Both the position numbers and the translations under genes were made by a program. DNA of 64,000 nt from an uncultured Planctomycetales bacterium. Lineage in GTDB: Bacteria; Omnitrophota; Gorgyraeia; Zapsychrales; Aceulaceae. Positions 28,969 to 38,107 of this stretch are shown here, one piece after another; positions within the stretch are counted from its first letter, which is position 1, and every line of letters begins with the position of its first letter. The notes beneath the pieces are model-generated. The model worked only from the letters and a program-made list of their open reading frames with translations, did no database searches and was not told the DNA's origin. Location: contig CAZYOA010000009.1 in assembly GCA_964648665.1 (NCBI GenBank), forward strand, positions 83 to 64,082. The letters run 5' to 3'.

Positions 28969-30021
28969 CTATAATTTCTCTAATTTTTGCCGGATAAGCT
29001 CGGCTCGCTTTGTATCACGCTCGGAAGCACCTAATTTCTTCCCTTCGATCTTTTGAAGATGAGCAGGCTGAATCATAATAAATAATTCATTAATCGATTG
29101 CGTGCTAACATCTTTAACAATTCCTAAATCAATACCAAGACGAACCATCGATAAAAGATCAACAGTTTCTTGACTAGAAATAATATGCGCATTCTTTAAA
29201 ATTCCTAAAGAACGACAAATCTTGTCTTCCAAGATTGCTTTATTTTGAACCAGCAGCGCCTGACGAGCCTGCTCTTCCTGCTCAACGATCTGCTTTACAA
29301 GACCATTAATATTTTGCAAAATATCTTCTTCACTGTGACCTAAAGAAACTTGGTTAGAAATCTGAAAAAAGTTTCCAATCGCCTGTGTTCCTTCTCCATA
29401 GAATCCACGCGATGCAAAGCTTAATTTTGCAATCGCTTCCAAAACTTTATTGATTTGCTTTGTCATAACAAGCGCTGGCAAATGCAACATCACAGATCCA
29501 CGAATTCCTGTACCAGTATTCGTAGGACAAGCTGTAAGATATCCCCAATCTTTTCGAAAAGCATAACAAATCTTTTCAGATAGAAAATCATCAATCATAC
29601 TAATAATTTTCCAAGTCTCAAATAAATTAAATCCAGACTGCATAACCTGAATACGTAAATGATCTTCCTCGTTAATCATAATCGATAGAATTTCTTCTTC
29701 AGAAACAACAATCGCTTTTCCTTCTCCCGATGCAGCATGATCATGACTCATCAAATGTCTTTCAATAAGAAACTGACGATCTAAATTATCCATTTCATTA
29801 ATTTTAAGTAAAACAGTATTCTTAAAATATTCATTAGAATGAATCGCCTGTTCAATAACACTAAAAACTTCAGCCAAATCTTTGCGATTCGCCCGTGCAG
29901 GAAATGGAATTTTATCCAAATTACGTGCTAAACGAACCCTAGAAGACATAACAATGTGCGATTGTGGACCAGTTCCTTTAAGCCATTCACCAGTTTGATG
30001 GATAAGATCTTCTAAATTCAT
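28969..30021 (-). CDS. mcsB: Protein arginine kinase McsB
   Basis: Guanidino-kinase catalytic domain (SSRVRLARN...EEDHLRIQ...CPTNTGTGIR); ATGA overlap with mcsA. Confidence 0.9.
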   Translation of the reverse strand: MNLEDLIHQTGEWLKGTGPQSHIVMSSRVRLARNLDKIPFPARANRKDLAEVFSVIEQAIHSNEYFKNTVLLKINEMDNLDRQFLIERHLMSHDHAASGEGKAIVVSEEEILSIMINEEDHLRIQVMQSGFNLFETWKIISMIDDFLSEKICYAFRKDWGYLTACPTNTGTGIRGSVMLHLPALVMTKQINKVLEAIAKLSFASRGFYGEGTQAIGNFFQISNQVSLGHSEEDILQNINGLVKQIVEQEEQARQALLVQNKAILEDKICRSLGILKNAHIISSQETVDLLSMVRLGIDLGIVKDVSTQSINELFIMIQPAHLQKIEGKKLGASERDTKRAELIRQKLEKL

Positions 30022-30548
30022 GCATCCTCCTGCGTATTTTCAGAAGATCGTATTTGATCACGCAATATAGCTGCTTGCTCAAAATCTTCTGCTAAAATAG
30101 ATTGCTGCAATTTATTTTTTAAAATCTGAAGAGAATTTTCTTCAGGCAAAGAATCCTGATCTTGAACTTCAGCCTCAGTCTTTTCTCTAAGCTGAATCGG
30201 CGTTTTTCCTAAATGATGATTTGATCCATGAATCTTCTTTAAAAGCGTAGACAAATGTTTACGAAAAGAAGAATAGCATTCACTGCATCCAAGACGTCCA
30301 AACTTTCTAAAATCATCATAGCTTAATGAACAATTCGGACATTGAAGTTTTACTTTTTCTTCAGCTTTAATCTGCTTACCAAAATCAGATAATCCAGCCA
30401 AAAGATCAGCAAGACCAAACTGCTGCTCCATCTGAACACTGCGCTCTTTAGCGCAATCTTCACAAATATGCATCTCCGTCATCTGACCATCAATAATCTC
30501 TGTCAAATGAACTGTCGCTTTTTTCTTTCCGCAAGAATCGCACTGCAT
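30018..30548 (-). CDS. mcsA: McsA (UvrB/UvrC-motif, zinc-finger activator of McsB)
   Basis: Two CxxC...CxxC zinc-finger pairs (CDSCGKK...CEDC; CPNC...CSEC) and the C-terminal UVR motif EDFEQAAILRDQI. Confidence 0.85.
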   Translation of the reverse strand: MQCDSCGKKKATVHLTEIIDGQMTEMHICEDCAKERSVQMEQQFGLADLLAGLSDFGKQIKAEEKVKLQCPNCSLSYDDFRKFGRLGCSECYSSFRKHLSTLLKKIHGSNHHLGKTPIQLREKTEAEVQDQDSLPEENSLQILKNKLQQSILAEDFEQAAILRDQIRSSENTQEDA

Positions 30549-30569
30549 AAATCCTCCTCAAAATAAATT

Positions 30570-31433
30570 TTAATATTTCGCGCCATCTTTAGTTGTAATC
30601 AATCTAAAAAGCTTAATGAGTTTTAGTGTTGTCTTTCCTGGTTTTCCAGATCCAATAACACGTCCATCAACTTTAACAACTGGAATAATTTCAGCAGCTG
30701 TTCCAGTTAAAAAACATTCATCAGATATATATACTTCATGACGCGTCATGAGTCGCTCATACGTCTTTATTTTACTTTTCTTTGCAAGAGCAATAACAGC
30801 ATCACGCGTAATACCGCAAAGCCGTGCATTTGGTGGAGTTAAAAGCTCACCATTTTTTAAGATAAAAATATTATCTCCTGTGCACTCTGCCACATACCCT
30901 TGAGAATCAAGCATTAAAGCTTCCATATATCCAGAATTTGTTGCCTCAATCTTTGCAAAAATATTATTTAAATAATTTAAAGATTTCAGCTGTGGATTCA
31001 ACGCTTCATTCAAATTTCTTACCGTCGGAACAGTAATGATATCTAATCCGTTTTGATAAAGCTCTTTTGGGTAAAGAGTAATTTTATCTGTAATAATAAC
31101 AACCGTCGTATTACCTCTGCACTTTCTAGGATCTAATCCTAAATCTCCTTCACCCCGGCTAACAATAAGACGGATATAGGCATCAGAAAGCTTGTTAGCT
31201 TTCAGCGTCTTAACAATGGCATCAATCATCTGCTTTTGAGTCAGAGGAATCTTAAGCATCATGCTATGCGCTGTTTCATAAAGTCTTTCAACATGCTCTT
31301 TAAGTTTAAACACATTTCGTTTATACGAGCGGATCCCTTCAAATGCGCCATCTCCATAAAGATATCCGTGATCAAAAACAGATATTTTTGCATCTTTTTT
31401 TTCTACAAATTTTCCGTTTAAATAAATTTTCAT
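30570..31433 (-). CDS. ilvE: Branched-chain-amino-acid aminotransferase (class IV PLP enzyme)
   Basis: VFDHGYLYGDGAFEGIR...YIRLIVSRG...EALMLD are class IV aminotransferase motifs; 287 aa. Confidence 0.85.
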   Translation of the reverse strand: MKIYLNGKFVEKKDAKISVFDHGYLYGDGAFEGIRSYKRNVFKLKEHVERLYETAHSMMLKIPLTQKQMIDAIVKTLKANKLSDAYIRLIVSRGEGDLGLDPRKCRGNTTVVIITDKITLYPKELYQNGLDIITVPTVRNLNEALNPQLKSLNYLNNIFAKIEATNSGYMEALMLDSQGYVAECTGDNIFILKNGELLTPPNARLCGITRDAVIALAKKSKIKTYERLMTRHEVYISDECFLTGTAAEIIPVVKVDGRVIGSGKPGKTTLKLIKLFRLITTKDGAKY

Positions 31434-31461
31434 ATACTCCCCTTTTTTAAAAAAATACTAT

Positions 31462-32133
31462 TTAAGTCCCTATCTTTCCATCTTGAATATAAACAATTCT
31501 CTTTGCTTGTTTGGCAATTTCCTTGTCATGCGTAACCATAACGATTGTTTGATTAGAATCTTTATTCAACTTTGATAAAAGCTCTATAATTTTTTCTCCA
31601 GACTTTGAATCTAAATTTCCTGTTGGTTCATCACACAAGACAATCTTTGGACTATTCATCAAACAACGCGCAACAGCAACTCTCTGCTGTTCGCCTCCAG
31701 AAAGCTGAGAAGGCTTATGTTTTTCGCGATGCGCAAGCCCAACTTTTTCTAAAAGCTCTCGCCCTCTTTGCTCTGTATTGTTTTTATTAACAAACTCATC
31801 GCTAATGAATCCTGGCAAAATAACATTTTCAAGTGCTGTAAATTCAGGCAAAAGATGATAAAACTGAAAAACAAATCCTATATCCGCATTACGCAATGAC
31901 GAAAGCTTAACGTCATTAAGCTTATAAATATTTTCTTCGAGAAATAAAATGTCGCCTTTATCTGGCTTATCCAATCCACCAAGAATATGCAGCAGTGTTG
32001 ATTTTCCAGCACCAGAAGGCCCAACAAGAGCAACAAACTCATTTTCCTCAATCGTCAAATTGATATCTTGCAAAACTTCAACAGGATGACCAACATCATA
32101 ATAAGTTTTATAAATATTATTGGCTTTAATCAT
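31462..32133 (-). CDS. lolD: Lipoprotein-releasing ABC transporter ATP-binding protein (LolD-like)
   Basis: Walker A GPSGAGKST, signature LSGGEQQR and Walker B VLCDEPTGNLD. ATG 32133 lies 2 nt after the permease stop; the track start at 32205 is an extension. Confidence 0.88.
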   Translation of the reverse strand: MIKANNIYKTYYDVGHPVEVLQDINLTIEENEFVALVGPSGAGKSTLLHILGGLDKPDKGDILFLEENIYKLNDVKLSSLRNADIGFVFQFYHLLPEFTALENVILPGFISDEFVNKNNTEQRGRELLEKVGLAHREKHKPSQLSGGEQQRVAVARCLMNSPKIVLCDEPTGNLDSKSGEKIIELLSKLNKDSNQTIVMVTHDKEIAKQAKRIVYIQDGKIGT

Positions 32134-32135
32134 TT

Positions 32136-33335
32136 TTATTCGTAACGTAACGCCTCCACAGGCTCTAAAGCGCCTGCTTTCTTTGCTGGATAAATTGTTG
32201 CACAATAGCTAATCAAGAGTGCCGCGCCAATAATTGTCAAAAGATCTCCAAGTTTTAATAAAACTGGCAATCGATCAATGTAATAAATATCTTGTGGTAA
32301 CTTAATAAACTGATATTTTTTTAAAAGCAAACTTAAGGATATTCCACCAAAAAGTCCACACGCTGTTCCAATGATGCCGATCGCCATACCCTTCATAACA
32401 AAAATACGTTCAATCGATTTTCTTGGCACGCCAATCGCACGTAAAATACCAATATCTTTAATTTTGCTTGTCACCGTTACAATCAAAGTGCTAACAATGT
32501 TAAAAGAAGCCACCAAAACAATTAATGCCAAAATAATAAACATCGCAAACTTCTCAAGCTTTAAAGCTGCAAAAAAGTTTCGATTTGAATCAATCCACGT
32601 TTTAACCAAGAAACTATAACCAATTGTTTTATAAATTTTTAACTTTATTTCTGGAGCTTGATAAATATCATCAAGCTTTAAAGCAATTCCACTTACCATA
32701 TTATCTGCAAATCCAAAGATTTTCTGTGCTTGATTAAGGCTCATTAAGACCAAGCTCATATCATAATCATACATCCCTGAACTAAAAATACCCTTAATTA
32801 CAAGTTCATGCCGCCAACCTTTTCCTGCTCGCCCAGCAACTGGAGCAATCACTACAATTGGATCATCAACCTTTTTACCAAGATAAGCCGCTAGCTCGCT
32901 TCCAATAATAATTGAATTCCCAGCTAGATCTTTAATGTCACCTTCAACAAGATATTCTTTAATTTTTGTAACATCGCCAGCTGTATTAGGATCCGTGCCA
33001 CGTGCCATAACGCTCATAACCTGATTATCATACTCTAAAAAAAGAGGTCCCTGAACATACGAGGTTACAGCAGAAACACCTTCTATCGCCTTAACTTCTT
33101 TCTCAACTTTTTGTGGATTCGTAATGCCTATCTCTTTTTCAATAACAATATGAGCATTCGTTCCAACAATTTTTTCTCTCAAATCATTATCAAAACCTGT
33201 CATAACAGCAATAACAATGATTAAAGCTGTAACACCAATCGCAACACCAGCAATAGCAACAAAATTAATTAGTGATAAAAACGGCTCTTTTTTAGCAGAT
33301 AGATAACGTGATGTTATCCAACTCTCATAATTCAT
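32136..33335 (-). CDS. lolC: Lipoprotein-releasing system permease (LolC/LolE, FtsX/MacB-type)
   Basis: A TM helix, a large periplasmic domain and the C-terminal FtsX-like 3-TM bundle ending ...EALRYE. Start is ATG 33335 (or GTG 33338). Confidence 0.88.
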   Translation of the reverse strand: MNYESWITSRYLSAKKEPFLSLINFVAIAGVAIGVTALIIVIAVMTGFDNDLREKIVGTNAHIVIEKEIGITNPQKVEKEVKAIEGVSAVTSYVQGPLFLEYDNQVMSVMARGTDPNTAGDVTKIKEYLVEGDIKDLAGNSIIIGSELAAYLGKKVDDPIVVIAPVAGRAGKGWRHELVIKGIFSSGMYDYDMSLVLMSLNQAQKIFGFADNMVSGIALKLDDIYQAPEIKLKIYKTIGYSFLVKTWIDSNRNFFAALKLEKFAMFIILALIVLVASFNIVSTLIVTVTSKIKDIGILRAIGVPRKSIERIFVMKGMAIGIIGTACGLFGGISLSLLLKKYQFIKLPQDIYYIDRLPVLLKLGDLLTIIGAALLISYCATIYPAKKAGALEPVEALRYE

Positions 33336-34794
33336 CACTATCCTTGTCTTTTTTAGCCTGCGGCTTTAAAAGCGGAAATAAAATAACATCTCGAATCGAT
33401 GGTGCATCTGTTAAAAGCATCACAAGTCGATCAATTCCAATACCTAAACCTCCTGCCGGTGGCATACCATATTCTAATGCAGTTAAGAAATCTTCATCAA
33501 CATTACGAAGACCCGTTTCCGTATCATCTTTCAAGTCTTCAATTAAGCGTTGACGCTGTTCTGTCGGATCATTAAGCTCTGAATAAGCATTACCTATCTC
33601 CATGCCAGCAACAAAACATTCAAAACGCTGTGCTACTGTTGGATCATCATCCTTTGCTTTTGCTAAAGGAGATAAAAATGTAAAATAATCTACTAAAAAT
33701 ATTGGATTCATCGTCGATTCTTCGTCTAAAAGATCTTCAACAATTTTCATAACAGCTGAACGCGTCAACGTATCAACAGCAGCTACTTTTCTTTTCACCT
33801 TAACTTTTTCAAGCATAGCTTTTGCATCATCTGTTGAATTAATATCAAACATATCTTTTACAATCTTTGTGAAAGAACGTCTTTCCCACGGTGGTGTAAA
33901 ATCAATTTCTTTTCCTTGATACATAACCTTATAACTTCCATGCAATTCCTTAGCCAATGAACTTACCAAATCTTCTGTAAGCTTCATCATGTCATTATAA
34001 TCAGCATATGCTTCATAGACTTCCATCATTGTAAATTCTGGGTTATGTCGCGTCGATATACCTTCATTTCTGAAATTACGATTCATTTCATAAACTTTTT
34101 CAAGTCCACCAACCAAAAGTCTTTTAAGATAAAGCTCTGGCGCGATACGCAAGAAAACATCCATATTGTATGTATTGTGCAAGCTTTTAAAAGGTCGTCC
34201 ACGTGCACCGCCAGCCATTGGCTGCAGCATCGGGGTTTCTACTTCTAAAAATTCTTTTTTGTCTAAAAATGTTCTAATCATTGAAATTATTTTACTTCTC
34301 TTAACAAATAAATCCTTAACTTCACCATTTGCAATTAAGTCCACATAGCGTTGGCGATATCGAGTTTCAACATCCTTTAAGCCATGCCATTTCTCAGGAA
34401 GACACATTAAAGATTTTGATAAAATCGTAATCTCAAAAACACGAATACTTTCTTGTTCCGTTTTTGTCTTAAATAGCTGACCCTTAACACCAATAATATC
34501 GCCAATATCCAAATGATGCGCAATATCAAAAAGCTCTTCACCAACATTATTTAATTTTATAAAAAGCTGTATCTTACCGCTTACGTCAATAAGGTCCATA
34601 AAAATAACTTTACCGTGTGTTCGACTTGCCATGATTCGCCCTGCAACAATAACTTCTTTTTCTTCTTCGAAATTACCTAGAATATCTAAAACGCTTGCTG
34701 TGCGAATAAATTTTCCACCATAAGGCTTTAAACCTTTTGATTTAAGATTCAATAACTTTTCAACACGAATTCGTTTAATTTCTTCAATTTCCAC
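33325..34794 (-). CDS. lysS: Lysine--tRNA ligase (class II)
   Basis: OB-fold N-domain and class II motifs (FRNEG, GLGIGIDRL). GTG start at 34794 with AGGAG 7 nt upstream. Confidence 0.93.
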   Translation of the reverse strand: MEIEEIKRIRVEKLLNLKSKGLKPYGGKFIRTASVLDILGNFEEEKEVIVAGRIMASRTHGKVIFMDLIDVSGKIQLFIKLNNVGEELFDIAHHLDIGDIIGVKGQLFKTKTEQESIRVFEITILSKSLMCLPEKWHGLKDVETRYRQRYVDLIANGEVKDLFVKRSKIISMIRTFLDKKEFLEVETPMLQPMAGGARGRPFKSLHNTYNMDVFLRIAPELYLKRLLVGGLEKVYEMNRNFRNEGISTRHNPEFTMMEVYEAYADYNDMMKLTEDLVSSLAKELHGSYKVMYQGKEIDFTPPWERRSFTKIVKDMFDINSTDDAKAMLEKVKVKRKVAAVDTLTRSAVMKIVEDLLDEESTMNPIFLVDYFTFLSPLAKAKDDDPTVAQRFECFVAGMEIGNAYSELNDPTEQRQRLIEDLKDDTETGLRNVDEDFLTALEYGMPPAGGLGIGIDRLVMLLTDAPSIRDVILFPLLKPQAKKDKDSDEL

Positions 34795-34839
34795 AAGATT
34801 CTCCTACTATAAGTATTAATATTAAATATTTAGATATTT

Positions 34840-34868
34840 ATTATATAGAAAAGCATAAAGACTGTCAA
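34840..34868 (-). promoter_or_regulatory. Consensus sigma70-type promoter for lysS (TTGACA-17 nt-TATAAT)
   Basis: The minus strand reads TTGACA (34868..34863), GTCTTTATGCTTTTCTA (17 nt), then TATAAT (34845..34840). It lies about 45 nt upstream of the lysS GTG. Confidence 0.6.
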
Positions 34869-34870
34869 CG

Positions 34871-34896
34871 AAAAGCGCCTGGCTTAAGCCAGGCGC
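34871..34896 (-). terminator. Rho-independent terminator after lexA
   Basis: Perfect 9-bp GC-rich stem GCGCCTGGC-TTAA-GCCAGGCGC (34875..34896), followed on the minus strand by TTTTCGTT. Confidence 0.75.
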
Positions 34897-34975
34897 AAAT
34901 ATTCCTAATTACTACAAAATAAAAAGGTTACAGGGTTCCCAAACAATCATATTTTCTGTAAAAACTAAATTCTCA

Positions 34976-35569
34976 CTAAAAATATCTACGGATGCTAGTC
35001 ATTACTTTTCCAGCGATCGTAGTTTCTGCTGTAAAAGGAATTGGTTGATATTTTGGGTTAGCTGGAACAAGAAAATAATGCACTCCGATCTTGCTTAAAC
35101 GCTTAACCGTAGCCTCTTCGCCTATTAAGGCGACCACAATTTCACCAACTTGAGCAACTGTTTGTCGTCGAACCATCACAAGATCGTTCGGCATGATACC
35201 AGCCTCAACCATACTATCCCCTTTAACGCGCAAAGCAAAGATATCAGAATCTGAGAAATAAATATCATCCAAGTCCACATATCCTTCGATATCTTCAACA
35301 GCCAAAGATGGAATGCCTGCGGCAACAGCCCCTAAAATAGGAACACGGAAAGCATCCTTAACCAATTCGATAGCTCGTGCTTTTCCCTCATTAACCCGAA
35401 TATAACCTTTTTCAACAAGAGCTTTAAGATAATCTCTCACAGTTCCTGTAGAAGAAAATCCAAATTCTTTAGCAATCTCTCGAATTGTTGGTGGAATTTG
35501 TTCATTTTTAATTTGATTAAAAATGAACCGCAAAACATTTTTTTGTTTACCTGTTAAGTTTTTAACCAT
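34976..35569 (-). CDS. lexA: LexA repressor
   Basis: N-terminal winged-HTH (PTIREIAKEFGFSSTGTVRDYL), Ala-Gly cleavage site (VAAGIP), and S24 peptidase Ser (VKGDSM) and Lys (VKRL). Confidence 0.92.
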   Translation of the reverse strand: MVKNLTGKQKNVLRFIFNQIKNEQIPPTIREIAKEFGFSSTGTVRDYLKALVEKGYIRVNEGKARAIELVKDAFRVPILGAVAAGIPSLAVEDIEGYVDLDDIYFSDSDIFALRVKGDSMVEAGIMPNDLVMVRRQTVAQVGEIVVALIGEEATVKRLSKIGVHYFLVPANPKYQPIPFTAETTIAGKVMTSIRRYF

Positions 35570-35575
35570 GGACTG

Positions 35576-35604
35576 ATATTACCACACACTTGTGTGGTTG
35601 TCAA
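35576..35604 (-). promoter_or_regulatory. lexA promoter (TTGACA-17-TAATAT) with a palindromic operator candidate ACCACACA-AG-TGTGTGGT in the spacer
   Basis: The minus strand reads TTGACA ACCACACAAGTGTGTGG TAATAT CAGTCC ATG. The inverted repeat is at 35581..35598. The -35 box overlaps the thiF stop codon. Confidence 0.6.
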
Positions 35605-36206
35605 GAAGTGAGGATACGGCTTAAAATAGCATCAGCCTGCTTGGCTGCAGCAACATTAACTCTTGGAGATAATGGCGAGGCGTCTTGACTGTCGGTTTTA
35701 AGGTCGCCCACAAGAACAAAATTATCTTTAATATATTTCGTTTTAATTTCATCAGCTTGACCAATACCAGATATTCCAGATGCGCAAACAACAAATTTAT
35801 TTGTTTTTAAGAAATGTTCAACAAAAATACTTTTATATTCAGCCTTATCAAGGGCCTCAACAACAATATCACAATCAACAAATAAATTCTCAATACTATT
35901 CTTATCAATTTTCTTAGAAGAAATTTCTAAGTCAATATCTGGGTTAATACGTTTTAAATTTTCTTCTAAAACTTCTACCTTCTTTTTTCCTACCTGATCA
36001 TAAAAATAAAATTGTCGATTTAAATTCGACCATTCAATATTGTCAAAATCAATAATTGAAAAATGCTTAAATCCAACACGAACTAAATTAAAAGCACAAT
36101 TTGATCCAAGTCCACCTGCACCTGCAACACCAATCCTTACCGATTGAATTTTCTTAAATTTCTGCTCTCCAAAAACTTTTAAAAGAGATTGCTCAAAATC
36201 ATTCAC
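35601..36206 (-). CDS. thiF: ThiF-family adenylyltransferase (ThiS adenylyltransferase, short form)
   Basis: Rossmann motif GVAGAGGLGSN...DFD of E1-like ThiF/MoeB. Last gene of the thi operon; GTG start. Confidence 0.82.
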   Translation of the reverse strand: MNDFEQSLLKVFGEQKFKKIQSVRIGVAGAGGLGSNCAFNLVRVGFKHFSIIDFDNIEWSNLNRQFYFYDQVGKKKVEVLEENLKRINPDIDLEISSKKIDKNSIENLFVDCDIVVEALDKAEYKSIFVEHFLKTNKFVVCASGISGIGQADEIKTKYIKDNFVLVGDLKTDSQDASPLSPRVNVAAAKQADAILSRILTS

Positions 36207-36207
36207 T

Positions 36208-37320
36208 CTAAATCGCCATCCAATCTTTTAAAACTGGTTGATACCCCTTTTTTTCTAAAAACTCAATCATCTCGCCAACATCGCGTTTATCTGATATTTC
36301 AAATTGAGCTGTTATGTTATTTTCATCCTCAATAGCTGTATGTCCACCCACTTGCGTTGTTGATCCTGCTGACATGCGCGTAATTCCAAGAGGTAGCATA
36401 TTCTCTCGAAATTCTGAAGATTCTCTCGTCGACAATGTAACGCCAAGTCTTGGTAAGAAAATACGAAATGCTAAAATCATTTGAACAATTTCTTTATCTT
36501 GCACAATGCATTTTGGCTTAAAATCCCCTTGTGCTGGACGAAGTCGTGGAAGAGAAATGCTTATTTCTGCATCAAAGAATTTATTTTGCAAATACTGGGC
36601 ATGAAGTCCAAGCAAAAAACTTTCTTTTTGCCAATTGCTAAGGCCTAATAAAACGCCAATATTAACTGTTCGCATTTTTTCAGCCAATGCTCTCTCTGGT
36701 GCATCTAAACGAAATAAATAATCAGCCTTAGGACCTGCAAGATGAACAGAACCATAAACATCTTTGTCATAAACTTCCTGATAAATCGTTAAGCCATCGA
36801 CACCACAAGCAACAAACTCTCGATACTCATCTTGTGTTAGTGTATAAATTTCCAATGAAATAGAAGAAAAATATTTTTTTAAAATCTCAACACACTGCTT
36901 AATATATTTTACAGGGCTTTTCGTTCGCGAGCTTCCTGTCAAAAGAAGAATATGCTTTAATCCTGTTTTTGAAATAAATTTCGCTTCTCTATCCACCTCA
37001 TCAAAACTTAATTTTTTTCTTTGAATCTTATTCGTTCGATTAAATCCACAATACACACATTCATTTTCACAAAAATTTGAAACATACATTGGCGTATACA
37101 ACTGTATTATTTTTCCAAAATATTGACAGGTAAGACCGTGAGCGCGTCTTGCCATCTGCTCTAAAAAAGGTTCTGCACTCGATGACAAAAGAGACAAAAA
37201 TTGATCTGAAGATACGTTGTTTGAATCAATTGCTTTTTGAATCATTGAAGGACGAACAGAAGCAAAAAACTTTTGAATATCAAAATTCTCATAATTCTTT
37301 AAGATATCATTAAAACTCAT
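36208..37320 (-). CDS. thiH: 2-iminoacetate synthase (tyrosine lyase) ThiH, radical SAM
   Basis: Radical-SAM cluster motif CENECVYCGF; 370 aa; sits between thiG and thiF. Confidence 0.9.
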   Translation of the reverse strand: MSFNDILKNYENFDIQKFFASVRPSMIQKAIDSNNVSSDQFLSLLSSSAEPFLEQMARRAHGLTCQYFGKIIQLYTPMYVSNFCENECVYCGFNRTNKIQRKKLSFDEVDREAKFISKTGLKHILLLTGSSRTKSPVKYIKQCVEILKKYFSSISLEIYTLTQDEYREFVACGVDGLTIYQEVYDKDVYGSVHLAGPKADYLFRLDAPERALAEKMRTVNIGVLLGLSNWQKESFLLGLHAQYLQNKFFDAEISISLPRLRPAQGDFKPKCIVQDKEIVQMILAFRIFLPRLGVTLSTRESSEFRENMLPLGITRMSAGSTTQVGGHTAIEDENNITAQFEISDKRDVGEMIEFLEKKGYQPVLKDWMAI

Positions 37321-37322
37321 AT

Positions 37323-38105
37323 TTATGCTTTCTGAGCCTCTCGCAAGAAACCTGTCAAAGGCGACGACGCATCTGCCTTTTTTATTACTGGACCCAATCC
37401 TGAAAGATATGCAAGACGTCCAGCTTCAACGGCCAGCTTAAATGCTCTTGCCATTGAAACCGGATCTTTAGCAACAGCAACCGCTGTATTAACCAAAACA
37501 GCGTCGCACCCAAGCTCCATGCATTCCGCAGCCTGCGCAGGACTTCCAATTCCGGCATCAACAATAACAGGAACTTCTATTTCATTAATCAAAATACGCA
37601 CAAGCTCTTTTGTCTTTAGCCCTCGATTGCTTCCGATCGGAGCTCCTAAAGGCATTATAGCTTTAGCCCCTGAATCAACTAAACGTTTTGCCGCCATTAA
37701 ATCTGGACTCATGTACGGTAAGACGACAAAACCTTCTTTTGTTAGGATTTCTGTAGCCTTGATTGTTTCCATGTTATCAGGCAATAAATATTTATTATCT
37801 GAGATCACTTCGATCTTTATCCAGCTTCCGCACCCAGAAGATTTTGCAAGACGAGCAATACGCACCGCCTCTTCAGCATTGCGTGCACCAGAAGTGTTTG
37901 GCATCAATAAACAACTTTTTGGAATATAATCTAAAATATTTTCATCATCTGAATCCTGATCAACACGACGAAGAGCAACAGTAACAACATGTGCGTCACA
38001 AGAAATCAAAACGTCTTTGACTATTCTTTTGCTTGGAAATTTTCCCGTTCCAATAAACAAACGGCTTTTAAGATTCTGATCGTCAATTCTTAAAATATCA
38101 CTCAT
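37323..38105 (-). CDS. thiG: Thiazole synthase
   Basis: TGKF...VTVALRR...LLPNTSGA...[10 protein letters not shown] pattern of ThiG. Start is ATG 38105 (or GTG 38108). Confidence 0.92.
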   Translation of the reverse strand: MSDILRIDDQNLKSRLFIGTGKFPSKRIVKDVLISCDAHVVTVALRRVDQDSDDENILDYIPKSCLLMPNTSGARNAEEAVRIARLAKSSGCGSWIKIEVISDNKYLLPDNMETIKATEILTKEGFVVLPYMSPDLMAAKRLVDSGAKAIMPLGAPIGSNRGLKTKELVRILINEIEVPVIVDAGIGSPAQAAECMELGCDAVLVNTAVAVAKDPVSMARAFKLAVEAGRLAYLSGLGPVIKKADASSPLTGFLREAQKA

Positions 38106-38107
38106 CA

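Noticed and set aside
30549-31461. CtsR operator (GGTCAAA-type direct repeat) or a ctsR gene upstream of mcsA
   Set aside because: The gap before mcsA is only 21 nt and contains just an SD-like sequence. The upstream gene is clearly ilvE, and no such repeat is seen before ilvE either.
32134-32205. Upstream extensions of several ORFs in the track: lolD to 32205, lptG to 9402, thiL to 15083, rplI to 48747, metG to 17612, holB to 19319, ispD to 23176, alr to 12984, lpxI to 40867
   Set aside because: The extended parts overlap the preceding gene and mostly begin at TTG/GTG codons. Internal ATGs give family-typical N-termini and form ATGA-type junctions with the upstream stop.
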